Assembly (NCBI GenBank): GCA_036266115.1 | Contig: DATANT010000088.1 | Span: 1 to 31,431, forward strand | Length of the DNA stretch: 31,431 nt | Source: Gemmatimonadaceae bacterium | GTDB taxonomy: Bacteria > Gemmatimonadota > Gemmatimonadetes > Gemmatimonadales > Gemmatimonadaceae | Direction of reading: 5' to 3' | In this document: positions 1-9,351 of the stretch, one piece after another | Layout: the number at the start of each line of letters is the position of its first letter | How positions within the stretch are numbered: the stretch's first letter is position 1 | The notes under the pieces: generated by a model | Databases searched by the model: none | Seen by the model: the letters and a program-made list of their open reading frames with translations, nothing else | What the model was told of the DNA's origin: nothing | Position numbers and translations under genes: made by a program

Positions 1-2
1 TC

Positions 3-167
3 TGGAACCCCGGCAGCCGCTATACGCTGGGCGCGCTCAAGCCCGAGGGCAGCGATCTCGCGCCCCGGACGCCCAAGCCGGTGGCGCCGCGGCGCTCTGC
101 GCGGCCCGATTCCGTCCGGCGCGACAGCGTGCGCGCCGACAGCGCCAGGGCCCGCGCGGTTCCGTGA
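3..167 (+). CDS. Possible 3' end of an upstream gene cut by the window edge (C-terminal fragment ...NPGSRYTLGALKPEG...); function unknown
   Basis: Frame-3 translation runs open from the window edge to TGA at 165-167 and reads WNPGSRYTLGALKPEGSDLAPRTPKPVAP.... It converges on the minus-strand gene that ends at 178. The tail is low-complexity, so support is weak. Confidence 0.2.
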   Translation, partial: WNPGSRYTLGALKPEGSDLAPRTPKPVAPRRSARPDSVRRDSVRADSARARAVP

Positions 168-177
168 TCATCGCGAC

Positions 178-765
178 TCAGCGGGGGGTCGTGAGCCCGC
201 TGCGCGGCGACGGCGTGCTGATGGGCGACCACTGCTCGCGCCCGATGAACCAGCCCACCACGGCCCCGATCCCCAGCCCGATCAATCCGCCCGATGCGGC
301 GCCCTTGGCGAACTCGCTGCCCGAGGGGTTCACCTGCGAGCTGGCCCCGGCGCCACCCAGCACCGCGCCGACGGCGCCCGCGATCAGTCCGTAGCGCAGC
401 GCGCCCTTGCTCTTGCTCACGCCGTCGCTCAGCTCCATGCGCTCGATGTCCGTGAAGCGCACGGTGGTGCGACGGTACTCCTCGAGCACGGCCGGGCCGG
501 GGTCCATCATGAAGCGCCGGCGGCGCTGTCCCACGGTGTCCACCACGAAGGCCGAGGGCAGCACCGAGTCCACCATGCCGGTGACCTTGCGGCGTCCAGT
601 GGGAGCGAGGTGAATCCGCACCCGGTCGCCCACCTCCACGGCCTCCACCTGCTGGGCGCCGGCCGGTCGCGCCATGGCCCCACCCACGAGCGCCCCTCCA
701 CCGAGCAGCCACGCCAGCAACGCGGCACGCCCCACGTGTCCGCCGAGCAGGTTTCCGTCACGCAT
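178..765 (-). CDS. Secreted or membrane glycine-zipper protein with a small beta-rich N-domain (Gly-zipper/17-kDa-antigen-like)
   Basis: ATG at 765-763 verified. N-terminus MRDGNLLGGHVGRAALLAWLLGGGALVGGAMA|RPAGAQQ is a signal peptide with an AxA cleavage site. The C-terminus carries GxxxG glycine zippers (GLIAGAVGAVLGGAGA, GGLIGLGIGAVVGWFIG). It overlaps the upstream TPR gene by 8 bp. Confidence 0.55.
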   Translation of the reverse strand: MRDGNLLGGHVGRAALLAWLLGGGALVGGAMARPAGAQQVEAVEVGDRVRIHLAPTGRRKVTGMVDSVLPSAFVVDTVGQRRRRFMMDPGPAVLEEYRRTTVRFTDIERMELSDGVSKSKGALRYGLIAGAVGAVLGGAGASSQVNPSGSEFAKGAASGGLIGLGIGAVVGWFIGREQWSPISTPSPRSGLTTPR

Positions 766-1087
766 CGGCCAGCTCCTCCAGTCGGGTCTCCAGCTCGCTC
801 GCCATCCCGGGGTGTCCGAACCGCAGCGACGCGGCAATGCCCAGCCGCAGCGCCTCCCGCGCCTCGTCCAGACGCCCGAGCCGCTCCAACGCCTCGGCCA
901 GCCGCCCGTAGCCGTTGCCCTCGTCGTCGTGGCGAGCCAGGTACGCCGTGAGGTGCTCCCGCGCCTCCTCGTACAGGCCACTCTTGAGCGCCTCGTTGGC
1001 GAGCCCGAAGCGGGCGAGCACGTTGTCCGGGTTCGCCGCCACCATCTGGCGAAAGTTGTCCAGCCGAGAGCTCGGTGGGTTCGTCAT
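758..1087 (-). CDS. Small tetratricopeptide-repeat (TPR) protein
   Basis: ATG at 1087-1085 verified. Two TPR-like helices (…ARFGLANEALKSGLYEEAREHLTAYLARHDDEGNGYGRLAEALERLGRLDEAREAL…). An ATGA overlap with the upstream hydrolase stop (1084-1087) suggests translational coupling. Confidence 0.6.
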   Translation of the reverse strand: MTNPPSSRLDNFRQMVAANPDNVLARFGLANEALKSGLYEEAREHLTAYLARHDDEGNGYGRLAEALERLGRLDEAREALRLGIAASLRFGHPGMASELETRLEELADA

Positions 1088-1905
1088 CGGGTCAGAAGGT
1101 GGGAGATCGCGTCGGCGACGCACTGCGGTGCTTCTTCAGGGACGAAATGACGAACGCTGGGGCACACGTGCAAGGTGGCATCCGGAATCGCCTCGCGCAG
1201 CCGCTCGGCCACGCCGACCGGCTGGAACGGGTCGTCGGCGCCCCACACGATGGCGGTGGGCGCCACCACGTTCTTCAATCGCGAGGCCAGCGCCACGGTG
1301 TCGGCGGAATCGAGCTCGTTGAGGTGCTGCACGAACGTATCGCGCCCCTCGGCGGTGGCGAACGGGCGCGCGTACAGCTCCACGGAACGCAGGGCCCGCT
1401 CGTGCTCCACGTAGCCGCGCGCCAGCTCGCGGCGCAGCAGCGTCACCAGCCACTCCGAGGGCAGGTGGCGGGTGAGCGGCGCCATGGCGCGGGCGAGCTT
1501 GAGCTCGCGCACCGGCCACTCGTCGAACGCCGCCGAGTCCACCAGGCCCAGATGCGACACCCGAGTGGGCCAGCGCACGGCCAGCATCTGCGCCACCGCG
1601 CCACCCATGTCGTGGCCCACGATGCAGGCCCGCTCGATGAGCAGCGTGTCCATCAGGGTGATCACCCGCTCGGCATGGCCGAGCACGGTTACCGGCTGGC
1701 CGTTGGGGCGGTCGCTGCGGCCAAAGCCCAGCTGGTCCAGCACCACCACGCGGTGGCCGGCGGGCAGCAGCGGAACGACGTCGGCCCAGAGGTGCGAGGA
1801 GGTGGGAAAGCCGTGCAGGAGCACCACCGGCTCCCCGGCGCCGCGCTCCCCGGCGGCGTAGTAGTACAGCCGCACGCCACCCACATCCAGGAACTCACCG
1901 CGCAT
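1084..1905 (-). CDS. Alpha/beta-hydrolase, epoxide-hydrolase or haloalkane-dehalogenase-like, with an Asp nucleophile
   Basis: ATG at 1905-1903 verified. HGFP oxyanion motif (VVLLHGFPTSSHLW). Nucleophile elbow GHDMGG carries Asp instead of Ser, as in epoxide hydrolases and dehalogenases. About 273 aa. Confidence 0.8.
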   Translation of the reverse strand: MRGEFLDVGGVRLYYYAAGERGAGEPVVLLHGFPTSSHLWADVVPLLPAGHRVVVLDQLGFGRSDRPNGQPVTVLGHAERVITLMDTLLIERACIVGHDMGGAVAQMLAVRWPTRVSHLGLVDSAAFDEWPVRELKLARAMAPLTRHLPSEWLVTLLRRELARGYVEHERALRSVELYARPFATAEGRDTFVQHLNELDSADTVALASRLKNVVAPTAIVWGADDPFQPVGVAERLREAIPDATLHVCPSVRHFVPEEAPQCVADAISHLLTR

Positions 1906-2084
1906 GGGCGCCGCGCCGGTGGCCCCTCGTCCGCTCTCCCACCAGCAGCGGCCGGGAGCCCGCCAACACCGGGCCCCCGGGGCCGCGCTCATCGTTCGCG
2001 GTGCAGCGCCTGGAGTTTCGGGAGATGATGGTCACTGCACCGAAGATACGAACCCATCCCCCGGGCAGACAGTAGCCAGACGGC

Positions 2085-2552
2085 TCAGGGTTTGGCGGCC
2101 GCCGGTGCCTGGCCGTGGGCGCCGTGCGCGTCGTGGGCGCCATGCGCGGGGGCGGCCTTCGCGGGCGCGCCATGCGCGGGGGCGTGCGACTTCATGTTCG
2201 CGTCGAATGCCGCCTGCTGACCCGGGGTGAGCTGCTGGCGAAAGGCCGCGTGCTCCTCCGTCATGAGCGCCTGCAGGCGCGCCTGGTCCACCGGCTTGCC
2301 GGCCGCCCTGGCGCTGTCGCGCACGGCGTCCATCTGCGCGTGATAGCGCTGCTGGACGGCCACGATCTGGGCGCGCTGGGCCGAGGTGAGCGTGATGCCG
2401 GCGAAGTGGGCCGGCAGGTCGCCGGGGAGGTCCGCCGGCACGGCTGGCGCGCCGTGCGCGTGACCGCCGGCGTGCGGCGCCTGGGCGGAGGCGGTGACGG
2501 ACAGCCCGGCGACCAGCAAGGCGGCCAGCGCGGCCGAACGCGAGACGTTCAT
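2085..2552 (-). CDS. Periplasmic LTXXQ-motif protein of the ZraP/Spy/CpxP family, His-rich (candidate metal-binding chaperone)
   Basis: Signal peptide MNVSRSAALAALLVAGLSVTASAQA. Two LTXXQ motifs (ITLTSAQRAQI, QQLTPGQQAAF). His-rich termini (HAGGHAHGAP…, HAPAHGAPAKAAPAHGAHDAHGAHG) resemble ZraP. GGAG lies 10 nt upstream of the ATG. Confidence 0.75.
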   Translation of the reverse strand: MNVSRSAALAALLVAGLSVTASAQAPHAGGHAHGAPAVPADLPGDLPAHFAGITLTSAQRAQIVAVQQRYHAQMDAVRDSARAAGKPVDQARLQALMTEEHAAFRQQLTPGQQAAFDANMKSHAPAHGAPAKAAPAHGAHDAHGAHGQAPAAAKP

Positions 2553-2712
2553 CGGGTGTTCTCCGGGGCGGGGTGGAGCGGGGCGGGGCGGCGCGCGCGC
2601 GCCACGCTGGATGATCGCGCCAAGCTAACGCCGGCATGGCACGACGCCCATCCCCACGGCCGGGGGCCGCGAGTGATGGGCGTCGAACTCCGCTGTCCTG
2701 GTCGAGGCCGGG

Positions 2713-3318
2713 TCAGCGCCGGGTCGGGGGAGTGGCCGGCGCGGCCGGCTTCCCCTGGTCCTTCGCGCGGTCGCGCTGGCCGCTGCGGTCGCGGCTGGCG
2801 GGGCGGTCCCCACGATTCGGGTGCTCCCGCATCCGCGCCTCCATCCGCTCGCGCATCCGCGCCGCGTTCGCATCGAAGGTGCCCTGCTGGTCCGCGGTGA
2901 GCACGGCGCGCAGATCGCGCTGCTGGGCCTGCATCAACTGCTGCGCCTTGGTGCGCATCCCGGCCCGGGCCGCGCTGTCGCGGGGCGCGCCGCCCTGCGG
3001 ACGCAGCGCCTGGAACTGCGACCGGTACGACTCGCGGATCTTCTTCACCTGCGCCTGCTGGGCATCGGTGAGGGCGATGCCGCGGAAGAGCGCCTGGTGC
3101 CGCTGGCGCTCGCCCCGGCGCTGCCCCGGCCTGGCCTGCTGGCCCTGCCGTCCGCGGGCGTGGGGCGCGCGGCGCGCGCCATCGGCGCGCCGGGTGCCGG
3201 AGTCCGTTGCCGGTGGGCTGCCGGGCGCGGGCGTGGTCTGCTGTGCGTCCACGGCGCCGGCCGCGGTCACGGCCAGGGCAAGGGCGAGAATCGTGGTGAT
3301 GGTGCGAGTGCGTTCCAT
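2713..3318 (-). CDS. Second LTXXQ-motif periplasmic protein (Spy/CpxP-family paralog), Arg/Gln-rich, without the His-rich ends
   Basis: ATG at 3318-3316 verified, with GAGGAG 8 nt upstream. Signal peptide MERTRTITTILALALAVTAAGAVDAQQ. LTXXQ motifs IALTDAQQAQV and AVLTADQQGTF. It sits in tandem upstream of the His-rich paralog. Confidence 0.7.
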   Translation of the reverse strand: MERTRTITTILALALAVTAAGAVDAQQTTPAPGSPPATDSGTRRADGARRAPHARGRQGQQARPGQRRGERQRHQALFRGIALTDAQQAQVKKIRESYRSQFQALRPQGGAPRDSAARAGMRTKAQQLMQAQQRDLRAVLTADQQGTFDANAARMRERMEARMREHPNRGDRPASRDRSGQRDRAKDQGKPAAPATPPTRR

Positions 3319-3366
3319 GTGCTGCCGCTCCTCGGTTGGTGTCCCGCACGCGCGGCGGGGTTGCAT

Positions 3367-4058
3367 CAGGGTGGACGTCGGGGAGCGAGCGGTCGTTAAG
3401 GGGGCGGGGCGGGGGGCTGGCCGCTACGGATCGGTGGAAGCGGGTGGCGCGGATCGCGCGGATCGCACCTCACCCGACGCCGCGGGACACTGCAGCCGGT
3501 GGGCGCGCGGAGGGCCGATCCCGGTGGTGGCGCGGGGGTCGGCGTGGGCGGGCGCGTTCGGGGGCCGGCGCGGCAGGGTTGAGGGATCCGGGGATGAGTT
3601 GCCCTGGACGCGGACTGGCGGTAACACCGCCGACCGGAGTCCAGAGCGGTTCGGCAGTTCGGTCGTTCAGCCGTTTCCCCGGCCCCTGGCCCCGGCCCGC
3701 CGGCCCATCCGGCCCGCCATCCCCCGCCCCCGACGTCCCTCCGAGCCCTGCTCGCGGGTCACGCCAGGCCCCTGATCCCGGCCTGCCACGACGGCGGCTC
3801 CCTGCTCGCGGGGACCGCAATTCCCTCGGCCCGGCCCGCCAACGCATCGCTGACCGCCAACCCCTGCTCACGCCCGACCTCACCACCCTCACCTGCTCAC
3901 CTTGCCCCTCCCCCTAAGTGCTTGCCCTTACACGCAATCTGCCCGCGCGTCTAGCCCTTCAGCGCGAAGAATGCTATCCTTAGAGCGCCGTGCAGCCAAT
4001 CTGCCGTGGGCGCCGCGACCGTGTAGTCATCCCAGGACTGACTCTCTAGCACCAGGCC
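3367..4058. other. 690-bp noncoding divergent region. The plus strand is G-rich at 3380-3640, with a G-quadruplex motif G4-N16-G5-N1-G4-N1-G6 at 3380-3416. It is C-rich at 3660-3910 and lower-GC promoter-like at 3900-4058.
   Basis: No ORF with protein-like composition in any frame. G-runs were located by eye. Composition changes sharply compared with flanking coding DNA. Confidence 0.5.
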
Positions 4059-5189
4059 GTGACTGTTCCACTTCTGACTCTCGCCCCGCCTCCCGCCCCG
4101 GCCGCGGCCCCGAGCCCCGTCTCGCTCCCGCTCGGCTGGCTGCTCGACACCGCGGCTCTCCCCATCCAGTACCGCGCCATCACCGAGGTCGCACCGCTGG
4201 ATGAGAGCGCCCAGGCGGCGGTGCGCTGGATGCCATACGCGTACGAGCGGGCCCTCGCCCTCGTGCTGGCACAGCATCCAGACGGCACGTGGGGCAACGC
4301 CATGCTCCGCGTACCCACCGAGCACGACCGCTGGCCGGCGGGCGTCGGCACCATCACGGCGGTGCGCCGCCTGCTGGAATGGGGATGGGGGCAGGACTCC
4401 CCGCCGCTGCTCCAGGCACGACGCGTCCTCTTCCGGCTGCTGGCCGAAGATGACGATCCGGCGTACCTGTACGAGTTCGCCGGAGAGGCGAAGAGCGAGG
4501 ACATGGTGCGTCGCGGTCGGAGCATCCTGCGCGAGGCGGCCGCGGCCGTGCTCGCGCAGGCCGGCTACGAGCGCGACCCGCGCCTCCGTGGCGCGGCCCA
4601 GCGCATCCTGGGGCGTGTCACCGAGTACCTGCGCTCGCCGTCGGCCGCCAAGCCGTGGATCCGCGTCGGCAACCGGCAGGTGCTCCCCGCCGACGCCGCT
4701 CCGCCCTCCACCTCGGTGCTGTCCATGCTCGCGTACATGCCGCTCTTCCGTAGCGAGCACGCGGACTCCATCGATCTCATCTACGAGCACCTGATCCAGC
4801 CGATGCCGCGCCAGGAGCCGGTGCAGGTGGTGGGTGACGACCTGGTGCTCCAGCCGCACCTCGTCCTGGGCGACCAGCTCCCGCACCGCAACGCGGCCGA
4901 CGCGGACATCCCGAGCGCCCTCGCCTGGCTCGAGACCATGGCTCGACTCGGCTTCCTGAAGCGCCACGAGGCGTGGTGCAAGCTGTTCGAGCGCTTCCTC
5001 GACGAACGCGGCCGCGACGGCATCTGGCACCCCCGCAAGGACACGGTGGCGCCGAAGAGCGACAACCCGTTCGTGTGGTCGTACTTCCCGCTGGACGTGG
5101 ACGCCGCCGGCGAGGCTCGGTGGACGGACGTCACCTTCCGCCTGGCGCTCATCGCCAAGCTCATGGGCCGCCCGATCCAGCTGGTGTGA
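4059..5189 (+). CDS. Hypothetical protein with QW-like motifs (Q-x3-G-x-W), a possible alpha/alpha-toroid prenyltransferase or terpene-cyclase-like repeat protein
   Basis: The ORF has realistic composition. Motifs: RALALVLAQHPDGTWG and FLDERGRDGIWH. An acidic patch LLAEDDDPAYLYEF resembles a DxDD motif. The start is uncertain: GTG at 4059, no ATG until far downstream, and no SD. Confidence 0.55.
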   Translation: MTVPLLTLAPPPAPAAAPSPVSLPLGWLLDTAALPIQYRAITEVAPLDESAQAAVRWMPYAYERALALVLAQHPDGTWGNAMLRVPTEHDRWPAGVGTITAVRRLLEWGWGQDSPPLLQARRVLFRLLAEDDDPAYLYEFAGEAKSEDMVRRGRSILREAAAAVLAQAGYERDPRLRGAAQRILGRVTEYLRSPSAAKPWIRVGNRQVLPADAAPPSTSVLSMLAYMPLFRSEHADSIDLIYEHLIQPMPRQEPVQVVGDDLVLQPHLVLGDQLPHRNAADADIPSALAWLETMARLGFLKRHEAWCKLFERFLDERGRDGIWHPRKDTVAPKSDNPFVWSYFPLDVDAAGEARWTDVTFRLALIAKLMGRPIQLV

Positions 5190-6193
5190 TCACGCGCGCC
5201 GGCGCGCCCGGATCGTCGGGGCGCCGTCTTCGGCCGGACGAGTGGTACCCTGCGGGCGACCCGGTCGCCCGCGCTCGTTTCGTCACGCTGGCCTCGGGCC
5301 ACCGCGTTCGGGTGGTCGAGGCGGGCGACCCATCGGCTCCGCCGGTGCTCCTCCTCCACGGATGGGCCTGCTCGGCGTACAGCTTTCGCTTCACGCTGCC
5401 GGCGCTCGCCGCCGCCGGCCTGCACGCCACGGCCGTGGACCTGCTCGGCCACGGTCAATCCGACAAGCCGCTGGCCACGGAGCTCTATTCCGCCGACGCC
5501 CTCACCCGTCAGGCGGCGCACCTGCTCGACGCCCTGGACCTGGGGCCGGTGAGCATCGTGGGCCATTCGCTGGGCGGGGGAGTGGCACTGCGGCTGGCCG
5601 CGTCGCACCCGGAGCGTGTGGGCCGGGTGGCGGTGATCAATCCGGCGAACGCGAGCGCGATCCCCATTCTCCGCGTGGCGCGTTGGCTCAGCCCACCGGC
5701 GGTGGCTCCGCTGCTGCCTCGCCTGGCCACCCGCTGGTTGTTCGGGCTCGTGCTCCGGTCGGTTCAGGGCGGTAACCACGGGCGATACACCGCCCGCGAC
5801 GTGGATGAGTACTGGGCCCCCACCCAGTCACCGGACTTCGTGAGCGCGCTCCGGTTGCTGGTGCACGAGTACGACTGGTCCCCACTGGCGCCCGACACCC
5901 TGCTCACGCTTCACCAGCCCCTCCTCGCGATCCTCGGCGACCGCGACCGCCTGACGCCCGCCGCCGACATCGAGCGCTGGCTGCGCGACCGTTACGGTGG
6001 CCCGGTTCGAGTGCACCGCATCTCCGCCGGGCACACCGTGCAGGAGGAGGCGCCGGCGGCCGTGAACGCCGCGCTCGTCGACTTCCTCGCGCCGGCGGGT
6101 CGCCTCGAGCGCGGTGAGGCGCACGCGCGGGGCGCACGAAGTGCCGCGAGCGGTGGCAGCGGACTGGACGAGCCGTTAGATTCAGACTCATGA
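5186..6193 (+). CDS. Alpha/beta-hydrolase fold protein with a Ser nucleophile
   Basis: HGW oxyanion motif (PVLLLHGWACSAYSF) and GHSLGG nucleophile elbow. The ORF track starts the reading frame at 4973, inside the previous gene. The plausible start is GTG 5186, overlapping the upstream TGA (GTGA, 4-nt overlap). Confidence 0.75.
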   Translation: MITRAGAPGSSGRRLRPDEWYPAGDPVARARFVTLASGHRVRVVEAGDPSAPPVLLLHGWACSAYSFRFTLPALAAAGLHATAVDLLGHGQSDKPLATELYSADALTRQAAHLLDALDLGPVSIVGHSLGGGVALRLAASHPERVGRVAVINPANASAIPILRVARWLSPPAVAPLLPRLATRWLFGLVLRSVQGGNHGRYTARDVDEYWAPTQSPDFVSALRLLVHEYDWSPLAPDTLLTLHQPLLAILGDRDRLTPAADIERWLRDRYGGPVRVHRISAGHTVQEEAPAAVNAALVDFLAPAGRLERGEAHARGARSAASGGSGLDEPLDSDS

Positions 6194-6461
6194 GCCCGCG
6201 TTCCGTGCCGAGGTAGCAGAGGCATGCGGGCCATGGAGCCGATTCCTATCGCTTGGGGACATGGGCTCACCGGAGAGCCAATGCTGCGCCTCGCAGCAAC
6301 GTCCTTCCGCCACATTCGCTGACGATCGCCCGTTCGCTGCGCCCTCCGCGCAGACGAATGCAGGGCGATCGTGTGCCGGGCGCGACGCTCGGCGATGACA
6401 TGCGCGCCGGATCCCCGGGACGGACCCGGGCAAGCGGCCCCGGCGCACCAAGCAAGGGATC

Positions 6462-7625
<1,164 letters not shown>

Positions 7626-7639
7626 CTGCCGCCGCTGAC

Positions 7640-7670
7640 GGGCCGCCGCCCGTAGAACCGGCGGCGGCCC
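7640..7670 (+). terminator. GC-rich hairpin after the helicase stop (11-bp stem GGGCCGCCGCC / GGCGGCGGCCC, 9-nt loop), no U-tract
   Basis: Reverse-complement arms verified by eye. Begins 15 nt after the rhlE TGA. Confidence 0.45.
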
Positions 7671-7693
7671 CGGCCTCTCTACCCAAACTGCCC

Positions 7694-8458
7694 GTGTCGA
7701 GCCGTCCGTACATCCTTGCCGAGTCCACCTGGAAGACGGTGGACGCCACGCCCTATGAAGTGGCGGTGCTGCCGTGGGGTGCCACCGAGCCGCACAACTA
7801 TCACCTGCCCTACGCCACGGACACCATCCAGTGCGATGCCGTGGCGGCCGAGGCGGCGCGGTTGGCATGGGACGAGGGCGCGCGCGTCGTGGTGCTGCCC
7901 ACGGTGCCGTTCGGCGTGAACACGGGGCAGCTCGACCTCAAGCTCACGCTCAACGTCAACCCGAGCACCCAGCATGCCCTGCTGGGTGACCTGGCGCGGG
8001 CGCTCGCCGGGCAGGGCGTGCGCAAGCTGGTCATCCTGAACGGCCATGGCGGCAACGACTTCCGGCAGATGATCCGCGAGCTGCAGCCCACGGTGGATCT
8101 GTTCATCTGCGCGCTCAACTGGTACTCCTGCGTGGACCCTCGCCCCTACTTCGACGAGCCCGGGGATCATGCGGGCGAGTTGGAGACGAGCGTGATGCAG
8201 CACGTGGTGCCCGAGCTGGTGCGTCCATTGGGCGAGGCGGGGGACGGCCACGCGCGCCGCTTCACCGTGGCCGGCCTGCGCGACGGATGGGCCTGGGCGC
8301 CGCGCCGCTGGACGGAGGTGAGCGCGGACACGGGCACCGGCAACCCGGCCGCGGCCACGCCGGAGAAGGGTGCCCGCTTTCTGGCCGCCGTGGCGGAGCG
8401 CGTGGCGGGGTTGCTCGTGGAGCTCGACGCCGCGGATCCGGCCAATCTCTACGCGTGA
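7694..8458 (+). CDS. Creatininase-family amidohydrolase
   Basis: Family motifs LNGHGGND and HAGELETS. 254 aa. GTG start at 7694. Confidence 0.8.
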   Translation: MSSRPYILAESTWKTVDATPYEVAVLPWGATEPHNYHLPYATDTIQCDAVAAEAARLAWDEGARVVVLPTVPFGVNTGQLDLKLTLNVNPSTQHALLGDLARALAGQGVRKLVILNGHGGNDFRQMIRELQPTVDLFICALNWYSCVDPRPYFDEPGDHAGELETSVMQHVVPELVRPLGEAGDGHARRFTVAGLRDGWAWAPRRWTEVSADTGTGNPAAATPEKGARFLAAVAERVAGLLVELDAADPANLYA

Positions 8459-8499
8459 ACCCATCCACCGCGCCGTTCTCCACCTCGCGCATGGCCGCC

Positions 8500-8937
8500 T
8501 CAGTATCGCACCCGCCCCAGGCGAGACACGGTGAGTGTGTCGGCCAGCGCGCCCAGGCGCACCACCACGCGCAGGTTGGCCGCCCCGAACCCCATGCCGG
8601 TGGCCGAGTAGGCCATGGAGTCGCGGCTGGCGTCCAGGGTAACGCCGTAGAGGGTGCCGAGCTGGCGCTCCAGGCGCACCGATCCGCCGGCGCGCACCTG
8701 GACGCTGGTGGCGCTGAGGTGCACCGAGGCGCCGCCGGTGGCCAGGGCGAGCCCGCGCGCCGTGGAGAACGCCCTACCGACCTCGGCCGTCGCCGAGCGG
8801 AGGGAGGCCGAGTGGAGGATGTGGCGGAGCGATGCGAGGCTGAGGGCCGAGAGTGTGGCGAGGATGGCCAGGATGGTGAGGAGCTCGATGAGAGTGGTGC
8901 CTTGGCGCCGCGATGGCGCGCTGCCGCGTACCTGCAC
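8500..8937 (-). CDS. Prepilin-type N-terminal cleavage/methylation-domain protein (type IV pilin or T2SS pseudopilin-like, GspH-like)
   Basis: GTG start at 8937-8935 with GGAG 7 nt upstream. Leader MQVRGSAPSRRQG|TTLIELLTILAILATLSALSL carries the G/xTLIE prepilin motif and a hydrophobic helix. No other pilus or T2SS genes are in the window. Confidence 0.7.
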   Translation of the reverse strand: MQVRGSAPSRRQGTTLIELLTILAILATLSALSLASLRHILHSASLRSATAEVGRAFSTARGLALATGGASVHLSATSVQVRAGGSVRLERQLGTLYGVTLDASRDSMAYSATGMGFGAANLRVVVRLGALADTLTVSRLGRVRY

Positions 8938-9087
8938 CGTCGTGCTCCGTGGTCGGGTCGTGGAGGCATGATGGGTATGGGTTGGCGCGACCGTGGTACC
9001 GTGGCGCCGCGGGCCGGCGCGAAACCTTGCGAGACGGGGCGAGCGATGGCTGAAGCCGGGTGCGGAGCGCGCGGGGGTGCTGCCGGA

Positions 9088-9351
9088 GTGGGGTCGAGGA
9101 TCGCCCGGGCCGGGAGGCGGGCGGCGGTAGGGGCGGCCGTGATGCTGGCAAGCGCCTGCGTGCCAGGCGGCTCGCCCGACGTGGCCGCCGGCGCGGCGAT
9201 GATCGATCTGAGCGACGCCATCAACGCGCTGCGGGCGGAGAACGCCATGTTGCAGAGCGAGGTGGATTCGCTGCGTGGGATGGTGGCGCGGCAGGACACG
9301 ATCGTGCGGCGCATCGCGGCGGCCACCGGCGTTCCGGTCACCCCGCAGTAA
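9088..9351 (+). CDS. Small hypothetical protein, possible lipoprotein with a C-terminal coiled coil
   Basis: Very high GC3 across 9142-9351. A putative signal peptide …SRIARAGRRAAVGAAVMLASAC is followed by a heptad-like segment IDLSDAINALRAENAMLQSEVDSLRGMV. The start is ambiguous: GTG 9088, ATG 9046 or ATG 9142. Confidence 0.4.
   Translation: MGSRIARAGRRAAVGAAVMLASACVPGGSPDVAAGAAMIDLSDAINALRAENAMLQSEVDSLRGMVARQDTIVRRIAAATGVPVTPQ

Noticed and set aside
20-712. 230-aa minus-strand ORF at the window start
   Set aside because: It has an Arg/Gly-rich translation with no motifs and overlaps the better-supported glycine-zipper gene in another frame.
3336-3917. 193-aa plus-strand and 140-aa minus-strand ORFs in the long intergenic gap
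   Set aside because: Both are Pro/Arg/Gly low-complexity with no hydrophobic core. The region is treated as noncoding (see findings).
8287-9351. 354-aa plus-strand ORF
   Set aside because: The N-terminal 260 codons are antisense to the pseudopilin gene and are junk. Only the C-terminal ~87 codons look coding.
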